Assembly: GCA_964510095.1 (NCBI GenBank)
Contig: CAZEAE010000015.1
Coordinates: 33-64,032 of the forward strand
Direction of reading: 5' to 3'
Origin: an uncultured Elusimicrobia bacterium
GTDB lineage: Bacteria; Elusimicrobiota; Elusimicrobia; UBA1565; UBA9628
DNA length: 64,000 nt
The notes beneath the pieces are model-generated. The model had not been told where the DNA came from, made no database searches, and saw only the letters and a list, made by a program, of their open reading frames with translations. The translations under genes and the position numbers were made by a program. This document shows positions 1-9,977 of this stretch, piece by piece. Numbering within the stretch: the stretch's first letter is position 1; each line of letters opens with the position of its first letter.

Positions 1-2
1 AG

Positions 3-3000
3 CGGGCGGCTCTTTTCCCGGGAACTATCATCGACAATCCGACGATCAGCATTTTGGATCAGGGCGGGGCTGCGGTGGCCTGCGGAGCAGCCACGAATAC
101 TCAGTCGGTCCAAGTCAAGGTCGAGGATTTTATTTCTGGCCCAGGACGGCTCGAAATTTTCCAAAACAACGCCTTCCAGACGGCAAACGGCGGTTTCGTG
201 GGGGGAGATTACTTCGACGGAACGTCGCGGAACTTCACGGCGGCCGATCCAGGACTTTCCATCCTTGGCGGCGCTTCCGCGCCGATGGCAGAAGGCAGCT
301 ACACCGTGCGGGCTTTCGACCAGTCCGGAAATCGGGGTCCGGACTGTGGTTTCAGCATTTCGCCGCCTACCCCACCCCGCCTGACCTTCAGCAACGGTCG
401 GGTCAACTACAAGAACATCGTCGGCACCACCTCCCTCAACACCTCCACACTAGCCGATCCTCAATCCTACATCCTCGTCGAATCTGATCGCGGCGACCTC
501 GCCTCCGTGCAAATCGATGGTGGCGCCCTCCTTCCTGGCTTCCCGCCAGGAATCAACGCCGATAGCCTTCCCGCCGGTACATCGCGGGTGGAAAAACTGG
601 ATCTTCAAGCGGGGTCTCCGATCGGCCCGGGTGAACACACCATCACCGCGCTCAACACCGCCGGTCAAAAAACCGAGGCCAAATGGCGCGTCACCTCGAT
701 GGCTGCCACTCTTTCGCCCGGCTCGAATTCGACCTATAGCGAGAGCGCCGGCTTCAACGCCGCCGTCAGATTCAACATCAACAGCGGGATCAGTCTGCAG
801 CCGACTGGGCAGATCGTCAGACTAAGCGATCCTTTGACTGTATTTAGGACGATCCCCGTAGGCGGGGACCCTCCCAGCGCGTTGCTTCAGGTCGACGTAG
901 GAACTTCTTCCACCCTTGCCGACCAATATATCACGAGGGTGCGCGATATCGAGGGGAACAGCATTGATATCATCACCGACCTCAGCCTTGGCGACGTTAG
1001 TTTCAATCCCTTTCCGTTGGATACGATCCCCAAGTCCCACTCATCTACAGAGCCCTGGACCTCGGCCCCCGTCGATCTCCTCGCCCAACGGATACTTCCC
1101 GGTGCGATCTTGCGTACCGGTCTCACCAGAAATCCCCGTACGGGAGCGCCGGACTACGCCAATCCAGGCACCGCAGGCGCGGCGCTTTCGGGCAATACGC
1201 TCTACTTGCCCATCGGCGACGTTCAGGAGGTCGGGGAAATCGAAGGGAGGCTAGACGCCGGGACGGTCTTTCCGACCGCCGTCAGATTCGAGTCTGGCCC
1301 GTCGGGCATCGGCCTTTCGGTCACTACGACCACGCCAAACATCTTCTACCCCCTGCCACCGTCCTTCACTCTTCAACTGAGCCTGTTCAAGACCCCGCCG
1401 ACGCAGGCCCTCATACAGCATTGCACCACACCTGTCGATGGGAACAATAGCTGCCAGGCGCTGGATTTCCAACCCTCCGGCAGCTTCCAGCCCGAGATGG
1501 TCGGCGTGAGCCTGTCGACGGTATCGAGACCGGCCACGTTCCCGGGGTTCTTTTTCGCCGGCGCCCAAACGGTGCCCATCGCTGGAGGCATCACGGTCGA
1601 CCTCACCGCCACCGCTCCTGGCGTCGTCAGCGTGTCCCAGGGCTCCAGCCAACCCGAGCCCGGCTATCATACCGTCAGCCCGATCAACACTTACCAACTC
1701 TTATTCCCCGAGAACGCCATCGTCGGTCCCGTCACGGTCCACGTCCCCATCAGTGAGGTCTCTGCCGAAACCCTTGCCAAGCTGAAGGTCGCCTTGGTGC
1801 GAGACTGCGAGCTTCAACTCGTGCCCTCCGGCGCCGCAGGTAATGCGGTCACTTTCACCGCGAGCCTGAGCGGCGACTACATATTCGTCGTCGATGACTT
1901 CAGCAACCGCGCCATCGTCAGGAGCCCGGACGGACTGTTCAGCTTCGTTTCCGAGGCTCCCGGCGCCGAGCTCACCGTCAATCCCGTCGTGAGCAACCAG
2001 AGCCAGCTTGATAATCTCTTCGCCTCTATCGGCCTTAGCCGCACGGGCCAGGTCTATCAGCTAGGGCCCACCGGCCGCTCGTTTGCGACGCCCGGCGTCG
2101 TCAAGGTCTGCGGCGTTTCAGGAACCTCCCTGGAGCTTTACCAATACACCGCCGAAGGCGTCCGCGAACGGCTGCCCGGCCTGCGCAATGACACCGAGAG
2201 GGGCTACGTCGCGGCCCGTGTCGGCGGCTTCAGCTCCCTCTTCGGCTCTTTCATGCAGGCGCAGCCGGTGGCCGCCCAGGACCTCGCCGCCCCAGTCAGC
2301 CAGATCTTCTTTAGCCCCGCGGCCGCCATCGACGCTGAGGGCCGCTTCTTGCTTTCCTCCGCGACCCTCGTCAGCCTCACGGCGGTCGATCCCTTCTTCC
2401 CTGGCGCTCCCCAATCAGGCGTCGCCGCCACCCACTATCAAGTGGACCAGGAACCCCCTTCCGTATACGCCACGCCATTCTCGGTCGCGTCAGGCTCCCA
2501 TACGATCGTATTCTACAGTATCGACGCGGCGGGAAACACCGAGTCCAACAAGCAGGTCTCGACGACGGACGCTCCTCCCGCAGCGCAAGCCAGTGCCAGT
2601 TCCGGCCTGGCCTTGAGCGCGGATGCCGCCGGCAACCTCTGGGAGGTCGTCTCAGACACCGTCGGCGTCTCTTTGCTTAAATTCGGCGCCAGCGGCCAGT
2701 TCCTGGCCGGCATCAGCCTGCCCGAGGCTGGTGATCAAGGTGCTTGGTCCATCCGCTTCGACGCCGCAGGCAACGCATTGGCCGTCGGCACCGCATCGGG
2801 CCCCGCCACCGTCGGTATTGATGTCGCGGTCTACAAGGTCGCAGGCTCCGGCGATCTCCTGCTGTCGCGGCGCCTCTTCGACGGCGGCTTCAACGGCCAC
2901 GATTTCGCCTTGGACGCATCGGACAACCTCTGGCTCACCGGCGCGATCTCCGGGGAGCAAGGATTTGCCTTGGGTCTTTGGAAGTACACGATGGCCGAGG

Positions 3001-6000
3001 ATACGCTTGTCCTTAAAAGCACCTACTCGGCCGGCACGGGCTTTGACGGAGGCTTTGGCATCACCTTGGACGTCGCCCAGAACATCTGGGTGGTCGGCTT
3101 CTCTTCGAACGATTACACGGCCAACCCCAACAAGCTCGACTTGGCCCTTTGGAAGTTCGACGCCACCGGCACGCAGTTGCTGGACGGCCCCATGCTCCAG
3201 CCGGGCTATGCCCAGGGGGACGACGCTGGGCTCACCGCCAAAATACTGGCGACGCCCGACCACCTGATCGTGGCCTCATCCAGGCTCAACACGCTCGGCA
3301 ACAACGACCTAGCCTTACTGCGCTTCGACCTTGACGGAGGACTCCTCAGCCAAAAACTTTGGCATGGGGCGCCGGGAGCCTCGGACGTCCCCTATGCCAT
3401 GGCCTTGGACGGCAACGGCAACTTCCTCATCGCCGGCGAATCGACGACCGACCCCGAAAGCCCCGCTTTGGCTTTCTGGTCCATCGAGGCGGTCAACGGC
3501 TACTTCTCGAGCGCCCAGACCGTTCTCGGCGTAGGCGCCGCCCGTGGCCTCGCGCTGCAATCTCAACAAGTCTGGCTGGCCGTGGGCTCCAGCGCCCCGT
3601 ATCACTTCACGGGCGGAACCACGCTTGAAGGCGACGCCGGGGCCGAAGGCCCATCGGATTTTACGCCACCCACCACGCAACTCGTCGTCCTGGGCACGGC
3701 GTCGGTCTCGGGCGGCATCATCACGGCCGTGGAAGGCTCCAGCTTCGCGCTTATCGCCCAGGACCCGCTTGAAGGCGGCTACTCCTCGGGCGTTTCGGAT
3801 ACGATCTACGTGATCGACGACGATCCTATGTGCGATAATCCCGGCCCGAACACGGGGCCGGGCACTTGCCGCAATCCCATCTACGCGGGCCCCTTCTCGT
3901 TGGCCGTCGGCACCCATACGGTCTATTTCCTGTCGAGCGACCAGGCCGGCAACGAGGAAGACCTTAGGGTTTCCTCGATCACCGTCGTCTCGGGTGACGT
4001 TCAAGACAGCACCCCGCCCGTCACCGCCTTCGTCATCGGCGAGCCCCAGTTCAGTTCGGGGACGGTCTTCATCGCCAGCACGACGCCGCTCAATTTCACG
4101 GTGTCAGAGACGGCGCAGACGTTTTTCTCTATAGACGGAGGTTCATTCACCGTCTACGCTGGCACCTTCACCCTGCCTTTGGGGGGTTCCCGCTTGGTCT
4201 CTTTCTACAGCACGGACCCGGCCGGCAACGTGGAAGCGGTCCGGGCCAGCAGCGTCACCGTGGACGCTGCCGCGCCCGTCACGATCTTGTCGCTCACCGG
4301 TTCCACGGTCGCGCTCGTGGCCCAAGATACGGCCTCGGGCGTCGCTTCTATCTTATACTCAGTCGATGACGCCGGGTCCTACCTCCTGACCTATACCGCC
4401 CCCTTCCTGCTGGCGTCAGGCACGCATACGGTCTACTACGCCTCCACCGACCAAGTCGGCAATGCAGAGATCTTGAATTCGAGCGCCGTCCTCGTGGCTG
4501 TCGCGGCGACGCCGCCCTTGGCCTTGCTCAACCCCTCCACCGGCCCCATCGGCATCCCCTTCACCCTGACCGGTACGCCTTTCGGCACTTATAGCGGCGC
4601 CAACACCCGCGTGAAGTTCGGCACGCTCTCTGCTCCCATCAGCGTCTGGAACAACACGACCATCACGGGCACCATCCCCGGCCTGCTCACCGGGACCTAC
4701 CCGGTCGTCATCGAGCGCCAGACCGGCGCCGTCGTCGTTTCCACCTCCGCCGGTACCTTCACCGTGACTCGGCCCTCGGCCTTCCTCATCAATCCTTCCA
4801 CCGGCCCCATCGGCATCCCCGTCACCTTGACGGGCACGAGCTTCGGGCCCTACGCAGGCACCCTGACTCGCCTGCGCGTCGGCGGCTCCACCTCGCCGGT
4901 CAGCGTCTGGAACGACACCACGATCTTGATCACCCTGCCCAAGCTGAGCACCGGCACAAAGACCCTCTTCATAGAGCGCGCCTCCTCAGACGGCGGCCTG
5001 CTTGCCAGCGTCACCTACTACTTCACCGTCACCGCCCCACAGGTCAATACGATGACGCCGTCCTCTGGCCCCATCGGCATCCCCATCACCTTGACCGGCA
5101 CGAGCTTCGGGCCATTCTCGGGGGCCAACACGCGCCTGCGCATCGGCGGCTCCACGGCTGCGGTCAGCGTCTGGAATGACACTACCATCTCGGCCACCAT
5201 CCCCGGCGTGATGCCCGGCGCCCAGCCGCTCATCATCGAACGCGCCACCTCAGACGGCGGCCTGATGACCTCAGAAGTCCTCACCTTCAACGTTAACTTG
5301 CCCACGCCTTCCTCCATCACCCCTTCCTCGGGCCCTATCGGCATCGCGGTCACCGTCAACGGCGTCGGCTTCGGGCCCTTCAGCGGCGCGAACACCCGCT
5401 TGCTCATAGGAGGCGCGACATCTTCCATCAGCGTCTGGAACGACACCAAGATCGTCGCCACGGTACCAGGAATTCTCACGCCGGGGCCTAAAAGCGTTGT
5501 CGTTTCGCGCTTGACGGCCGGCGGCGGCGTCGCCGAAAGCGCGCCTTTATCGTTCCAGGTCGCAGGCCTCTTCATCGCCGCCTTCAGCCCTTCCACCGGC
5601 CCCATCGGCATCCCATTTACGCTGACCGGGACGGACTTCGGCACTTATAACGGAACTAACACGCGGGTCAAGTTCGGCACGGCGCTAGCGCCCATCAGTG
5701 TCTGGAACGATACGACGATCCAGGGGACCGTGCCGGGCGTGGTGCCCGGCACCTATACCGTCAGTGTCGAGCGCCAGAGCGGCGCGAACGTCTCGGCGGT
5801 GACTACGGACTTCACCGTGCTCCTGCCGCAGGCCCAGGCCATCGCCCCTTCCACCGGCCCCATCGGCATCGCCCTGACCGTCACGGGCACGGCCTTCGGA
5901 CCTTTCAACGGGACCAACACGAACCTCTTGATCGGCGGGACCACCGCGCCCATCAGCGTTTGGAACGATTCCACCATCATCGCCACGGTGCCGGGAGCCC

Positions 6001-8261
6001 TGACGCCCGGTGTTAAGGAGGTCATCGTCCGCCGCCAGACCGCCGATGGCGGGATTGCTGACAGCGTTGCTCTGTCCTTCGAGGCTACGGCCTTGGCCAT
6101 CGGCATGCTTAATCCATCTACCGGGCCCATCGGCATCCCCTTCTCGATCACCGGCACGGGCTTCGGTCCCTACAACGGCGTCAACACGCGGGTGAAGTTC
6201 GGCCCGGCCTCGGCTCCGATCAGCGTCTGGAACGACAGTATCATCTCGGGCACCGTGCCGGGCTTAGCTCCTGGCGACTATGCGGTCGTCATCGAGCGTG
6301 AGCAAGCGGGATTGGTCACGGCCAGCCCGGCGTCTAATTTCACCGTGCAGCTGCCGCAAGTCTTTACGCTGTCGCCGTCCTCCGCCCCGATCGGCGCGCT
6401 GCTGACTTTGACCGGGACGGGCTTCGGGCCTTTTAGCGGCGTCAACACCAGCCTGTTGATCGGAGGAACCACCGCGCCCATCAGCGTCTGGAACGACGGC
6501 ACTATCAGCGTCACGGTGCCAGGAACCCTGACGCCCGGTCTCAAGGAGGTCATCGTCCGCCGCCAGACCGCCGACGGCGGCATCGCCGACAGCGCTTCCC
6601 AGCCCGTTGAGGTCACGGCTTTGGCCATCGGCGCTCTGAGCCCTTCCACCGGCCCCATCGGCATTCCCTTCTCGATCACGGGCACGGGCTTCGGGCCTTA
6701 CAACGGGGCTAACACCCGGGTCAAGTTCGGGGCGACCTCAGCGCCGGTCAGCGTTTGGAACGACAGTACCATCTCGGGCACGGTGCCGGGCCTAACTCCT
6801 GGCGGCTATGCGGTCATCATCGAACGCGAACAGGCAGGCGTGGTCTCGGCCAGCCCGGCGTCTAATTTCACCGTGCAGCTGCCGCAGGTCTTTACGCTGT
6901 CGCCCTCCTCGGCACCCATCGGCGCGCCCTTTACCCTGACCGGCACGGGCTTCGGACCTTACGCGGCAGCGGCCACAAAGCTCCTTGTCGGCGGCTTGGC
7001 CGCGCCGGTCAGCGTCTGGAATGACACGACCATCTCAGCAACCGTTCCAGGGGCCGCCGTGGCGGGGCCGCAGGCGATCATCGTGGAGCGCACGACGGCT
7101 GACGGCGGCAGTGCCGACAGCGAGCCCCAAGCTTTTGATGTCGTCGTGCCCGTCATCGACTTGCTGTCGCCGACTCTTGGCCAAGCGGGCACGGCGTTCG
7201 AGTTGACGGGCGTCGGCTTCGGGCCCTACGCCGGCAGCCAGACCCAGGCCTTGGTCGGCGGCATCGCCGCTTCACTTTCTGTTTGGAACGACGTCCTGAT
7301 CCGCGGCATCATCCCCGATTCCCTAGCCAACGGCACCTACACGATCGTCGCCGTGCGCTCGCCGGCCGGTGGGAGCGTTCAGAGCAATGAAATCGCCTTC
7401 ACGGTCGGCTCGCCGCCCAACCAAGGGGTCCTGGCCGCAAGCAGTCTGTCACCCGCTTCACGCGTAGTGGTTCATCCGGCTTGGTACTACGAAGCCGGGC
7501 TTAAGCTGCCGGCCGATGAGGGCGGGCGCGTCGAGGCGCCTAGCCGGGCTTCCGTGATCGTCCCAGCCCGCGCTCTCGATCAAGACGTCGATGTGAGCAT
7601 CTTCCGGGGCAAGAAGGGGACGGCCGACCAGCAGGCCCGTGACGGGGCTCAGACAGCCGGTCGCCTGGGCAGCGCGGGCGAGGCCGTCGAGTTCGGGCCC
7701 GAGGGTACCCGGTTCACTGCGCCTGCCACCATAGAACTGCCTTACGACCCCGGCACAGTGCCTCCTGGGCGGGAGCGCGATGTGGCGGTCCACTACTGGG
7801 ATCCAACGGCCAAGGCTTGGTTCGCCTTGCGCAGCGAGTTGGACCTGGTCCGAAAGCGCGTCCGCGCCAAGACCGATCACTTCTCTTTGTATCAGCCCTT
7901 AGTGCCGGGCGTCGTCGGGGTGACGCCGGCCGCCGGCGGCGCGGGCTTCGGCTACGTCGACATGTATGCCTTCCCGAACCCGGCTAGAGGCAGTCAACAG
8001 CCGGTCGTGCGGGTTCAGGTGGGGCTTGCTGATGTCGTCGAGGTGAGGTATTACGATGTGACCGGAAGGCTGGTGAGGAGTGCCAGCTTGAGCAATCCTA
8101 AGGCCGTCGATGACGGCAACGGCAAGGGCAACCAGTGGACCTACGATGATGTTTGGGATACCGGGGGCGTGGCGTCCGGGGTGTATGTTTATACGGTCAC
8201 GGCGAAGAAGGGTGGGAGCGGGGATATTAGAAGGACCGGAAAGATAGCGGTGATCAAGTGA
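3..8261 (+). CDS. Giant surface/secreted protein, probably 5'-truncated: beta-propeller, four Ig-like (OmpL47-type) domains, 11 IPT/TIG repeats, ZU5-like domain, C-terminal T9SS type A sorting-like domain
   Basis: The frame is open from position 3 (RAALFPGTIIDN...) with no stop before the TTG at 54. It contains repeated D.xPPxT...Y(S)xDxAGNxE Ig modules, LDxxxNxWxxG propeller blades, 11 PSxGPIG...SVWND repeats, the ZU5-like FGPEGTRFTAPATIELPY, and the tail YAFPNPARG...SGVYVY...TGKIAVIK. Confidence 0.85.
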   Translation, partial: RAALFPGTIIDNPTISILDQGGAAVACGAATNTQSVQVKVEDFISGPGRLEIFQNNAFQTANGGFVGGDYFDGTSRNFTAADPGLSILGGASAPMAEGSYTVRAFDQSGNRGPDCGFSISPPTPPRLTFSNGRVNYKNIVGTTSLNTSTLADPQSYILVESDRGDLASVQIDGGALLPGFPPGINADSLPAGTSRVEKLDLQAGSPIGPGEHTITALNTAGQKTEAKWRVTSMAATLSPGSNSTYSESAGFNAAVRFNINSGISLQPTGQIVRLSDPLTVFRTIPVGGDPPSALLQVDVGTSSTLADQYITRVRDIEGNSIDIITDLSLGDVSFNPFPLDTIPKSHSSTEPWTSAPVDLLAQRILPGAILRTGLTRNPRTGAPDYANPGTAGAALSGNTLYLPIGDVQEVGEIEGRLDAGTVFPTAVRFESGPSGIGLSVTTTTPNIFYPLPPSFTLQLSLFKTPPTQALIQHCTTPVDGNNSCQALDFQPSGSFQPEMVGVSLSTVSRPATFPGFFFAGAQTVPIAGGITVDLTATAPGVVSVSQGSSQPEPGYHTVSPINTYQLLFPENAIVGPVTVHVPISEVSAETLAKLKVALVRDCELQLVPSGAAGNAVTFTASLSGDYIFVVDDFSNRAIVRSPDGLFSFVSEAPGAELTVNPVVSNQSQLDNLFASIGLSRTGQVYQLGPTGRSFATPGVVKVCGVSGTSLELYQYTAEGVRERLPGLRNDTERGYVAARVGGFSSLFGSFMQAQPVAAQDLAAPVSQIFFSPAAAIDAEGRFLLSSATLVSLTAVDPFFPGAPQSGVAATHYQVDQEPPSVYATPFSVASGSHTIVFYSIDAAGNTESNKQVSTTDAPPAAQASASSGLALSADAAGNLWEVVSDTVGVSLLKFGASGQFLAGISLPEAGDQGAWSIRFDAAGNALAVGTASGPATVGIDVAVYKVAGSGDLLLSRRLFDGGFNGHDFALDASDNLWLTGAISGEQGFALGLWKYTMAEDTLVLKSTYSAGTGFDGGFGITLDVAQNIWVVGFSSNDYTANPNKLDLALWKFDATGTQLLDGPMLQPGYAQGDDAGLTAKILATPDHLIVASSRLNTLGNNDLALLRFDLDGGLLSQKLWHGAPGASDVPYAMALDGNGNFLIAGESTTDPESPALAFWSIEAVNGYFSSAQTVLGVGAARGLALQSQQVWLAVGSSAPYHFTGGTTLEGDAGAEGPSDFTPPTTQLVVLGTASVSGGIITAVEGSSFALIAQDPLEGGYSSGVSDTIYVIDDDPMCDNPGPNTGPGTCRNPIYAGPFSLAVGTHTVYFLSSDQAGNEEDLRVSSITVVSGDVQDSTPPVTAFVIGEPQFSSGTVFIASTTPLNFTVSETAQTFFSIDGGSFTVYAGTFTLPLGGSRLVSFYSTDPAGNVEAVRASSVTVDAAAPVTILSLTGSTVALVAQDTASGVASILYSVDDAGSYLLTYTAPFLLASGTHTVYYASTDQVGNAEILNSSAVLVAVAATPPLALLNPSTGPIGIPFTLTGTPFGTYSGANTRVKFGTLSAPISVWNNTTITGTIPGLLTGTYPVVIERQTGAVVVSTSAGTFTVTRPSAFLINPSTGPIGIPVTLTGTSFGPYAGTLTRLRVGGSTSPVSVWNDTTILITLPKLSTGTKTLFIERASSDGGLLASVTYYFTVTAPQVNTMTPSSGPIGIPITLTGTSFGPFSGANTRLRIGGSTAAVSVWNDTTISATIPGVMPGAQPLIIERATSDGGLMTSEVLTFNVNLPTPSSITPSSGPIGIAVTVNGVGFGPFSGANTRLLIGGATSSISVWNDTKIVATVPGILTPGPKSVVVSRLTAGGGVAESAPLSFQVAGLFIAAFSPSTGPIGIPFTLTGTDFGTYNGTNTRVKFGTALAPISVWNDTTIQGTVPGVVPGTYTVSVERQSGANVSAVTTDFTVLLPQAQAIAPSTGPIGIALTVTGTAFGPFNGTNTNLLIGGTTAPISVWNDSTIIATVPGALTPGVKEVIVRRQTADGGIADSVALSFEATALAIGMLNPSTGPIGIPFSITGTGFGPYNGVNTRVKFGPASAPISVWNDSIISGTVPGLAPGDYAVVIEREQAGLVTASPASNFTVQLPQVFTLSPSSAPIGALLTLTGTGFGPFSGVNTSLLIGGTTAPISVWNDGTISVTVPGTLTPGLKEVIVRRQTADGGIADSASQPVEVTALAIGALSPSTGPIGIPFSITGTGFGPYNGANTRVKFGATSAPVSVWNDSTISGTVPGLTPGGYAVIIEREQAGVVSASPASNFTVQLPQVFTLSPSSAPIGAPFTLTGTGFGPYAAAATKLLVGGLAAPVSVWNDTTISATVPGAAVAGPQAIIVERTTADGGSADSEPQAFDVVVPVIDLLSPTLGQAGTAFELTGVGFGPYAGSQTQALVGGIAASLSVWNDVLIRGIIPDSLANGTYTIVAVRSPAGGSVQSNEIAFTVGSPPNQGVLAASSLSPASRVVVHPAWYYEAGLKLPADEGGRVEAPSRASVIVPARALDQDVDVSIFRGKKGTADQQARDGAQTAGRLGSAGEAVEFGPEGTRFTAPATIELPYDPGTVPPGRERDVAVHYWDPTAKAWFALRSELDLVRKRVRAKTDHFSLYQPLVPGVVGVTPAAGGAGFGYVDMYAFPNPARGSQQPVVRVQVGLADVVEVRYYDVTGRLVRSASLSNPKAVDDGNGKGNQWTYDDVWDTGGVASGVYVYTVTAKKGGSGDIRRTGKIAVIK
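4511..7407 (+). repeat. Intragenic array of 11 IPT/TIG-like repeats (about 85-90 aa each)
   Basis: The SVWN motif occurs 11 times in the translation. Near-identical DNA blocks recur 528 bp apart (gccagcccggcgtctaatttcaccgtgcagctgccgca at 6321 and 6849). Confidence 0.9.
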
Positions 8262-9241
8262 ACTGCTTTATAAACGGCAAAGGCGCTGTAACGGATCGGC
8301 GCCGCGAGGCGCCGGAGTTCGCGGCTTCGCCGCGAACTTTCATTTTCGGGTTCATCTTCCTTTTCGGGCTCATTTCCGCGGCTACGGCGCAGGAGAGCGC
8401 GGCGTTCCTTAAACTCGGCGTCGGGGCCCGGGCGGTCGGCATGGGCGGAGCTTATACGGCCCTGGCTGACGACGTCAATGCGCTTTTCTGGAACCCGGCG
8501 GGGTTGTCGCGGCTTTCTAAGCGCGAGCTTGGCTTCACGCATGCGGAGCTGGTGGCCGGCATGCGCTACGACGTCGTGGGCTACGCTCACCCGCTTGGCT
8601 TCGGAACATTGGCGGGCGGGGCGGCTTACCTGACCCAGGGTACCATAGAAGGGCGAGACGCGGCCGGCAAGCCCACGGGCGGCTTCTCGGCCCATGACTC
8701 GGCGCTGACCTTGGGCTACGCGGCCAAGGTCCAGGAGATGCGCCTGGGCGCGACCATGAAGGTCGTGCAGAGCCAAATAGCCAACGTGTCGGCGCAGACG
8801 GCGGCCTTGGACTTGGGCGCGCAATACGAACTGGCCGACCTTGGCGTCGGCCGGCCGCTGCTGGGGTTATCGGTCTTGAACGTCGGCCCCGGCCTCAAGT
8901 TCCAGGATCAGCGCAGCCCGTTGCCGCTGACCGTGGGCGTCGGCCTTGGCTACCGCTTGCCGCCGGCGCTGCTCTTCGCTCTCGATGTCAAGAATCACCC
9001 TAACGCCAAGAACTCAGACGTAAGCATCGGCGCCGAGTACGCACTGGTCTCGGGCTTTACCATGCGCGCAGGCTACGGCTCGGCGCGGGCGGCTTCAGCG
9101 TCCCAAGGCGCGCAGACCGCGCTCAACGGATTTGCCGTCGGCTTCGGCCTCAAGGCCAGCGGCTATAACCTCGACTATGCAATCACACCCTTCGGCGAGC
9201 TGGGTAACGTCCAGCGCTTCTCCCTCGGAGCCCGGTTCTAG
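8258..9241 (+). CDS. PorV/PorQ-family (UPF0164-like) outer-membrane beta-barrel protein
   Basis: Family signature AAFLKLGVGARAVGMGGAYTALADDVNALFWNPAGL, alternating beta-strands and a terminal Phe (FSLGARF). The GTG start overlaps the upstream TGA. Confidence 0.85.
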   Translation: MNCFINGKGAVTDRRREAPEFAASPRTFIFGFIFLFGLISAATAQESAAFLKLGVGARAVGMGGAYTALADDVNALFWNPAGLSRLSKRELGFTHAELVAGMRYDVVGYAHPLGFGTLAGGAAYLTQGTIEGRDAAGKPTGGFSAHDSALTLGYAAKVQEMRLGATMKVVQSQIANVSAQTAALDLGAQYELADLGVGRPLLGLSVLNVGPGLKFQDQRSPLPLTVGVGLGYRLPPALLFALDVKNHPNAKNSDVSIGAEYALVSGFTMRAGYGSARAASASQGAQTALNGFAVGFGLKASGYNLDYAITPFGELGNVQRFSLGARF

Positions 9242-9243
9242 CC

Positions 9244-9921
9244 ATGCACCGACGGGGAGCTTTCTGCCTTCCGGTGCTGGCCTTCCTCGCATTGTCCTGC
9301 GCTCCCGCGCCCCAAGACCTCGTCTCCAAAGGCAAGGCTTATTACCAGGCCAGCAACTGCCGCGCCTGCCACCGGATCGGCGCGGAAGGCGCCGCGGGCG
9401 GGCCCGACCTGACCCTCGTGGGCATGCGCCAGGGCCAGGCCTGGCTCGACCTTTGGCTGAAGGACCCCGCCGCCTGGCGGCCCCAGACGACGATGGCCAA
9501 CCCCGGCTTGTCCGCGCCGGCCCGCCAAGCCATCGTCGCCTATCTGGCTTCCCTAAAAGGGCAGGATTGGAGCAAGAAACCGTGGGAGGACGCTCCTGCG
9601 AGCGCCGCCCGAGGCAAGCTCATCTATCAGCACGCCGGCTGCGCCTCCTGCCATGGCCCTAATGGGGCCGGGGGCAACCCTAACAACAATGTGCCCGGCG
9701 GCAAGATCCCGGCCCTGGACTCCGTCTCGCAGACCTTCACTAAGGAAGAGCTCAAGAACAAGGTACGCCTAGGGGCGCGCCCCCAGAAAGCCGATCCCGC
9801 CGGCCCCGAGCCGCTGGTGGCCATGCCCGCTTGGAAGGCCCTGCTGACCGAAGACGAGCTTGGAGACGTCGTCGAATATCTCTTCACCCTCCGCTCCGCC
9901 AAACCCGACGCCGGCTGGTAG
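9244..9921 (+). CDS. Diheme c-type cytochrome, probable lipoprotein
   Basis: CRACH and CASCH heme motifs, distal Met in TTMAN and AMPAW, and LALSC lipobox-like signal. Confidence 0.85.
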   Translation: MHRRGAFCLPVLAFLALSCAPAPQDLVSKGKAYYQASNCRACHRIGAEGAAGGPDLTLVGMRQGQAWLDLWLKDPAAWRPQTTMANPGLSAPARQAIVAYLASLKGQDWSKKPWEDAPASAARGKLIYQHAGCASCHGPNGAGGNPNNNVPGGKIPALDSVSQTFTKEELKNKVRLGARPQKADPAGPEPLVAMPAWKALLTEDELGDVVEYLFTLRSAKPDAGW

Positions 9922-9940
9922 CACCCGCCAAGACTCATTT

Positions 9941-9968
9941 TTGACAAAGCTTGTCCGGATTTGATAAT
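9941..9968 (+). promoter_or_regulatory. Sigma70-like promoter of the cox operon
   Basis: TTGACA-N16-GATAAT, 9 nt upstream of ATG 9978. A GACAA-agc-TTGTC inverted repeat overlaps the -35 box. Confidence 0.55.
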
Positions 9969-9977
9969 CTGCTAATA

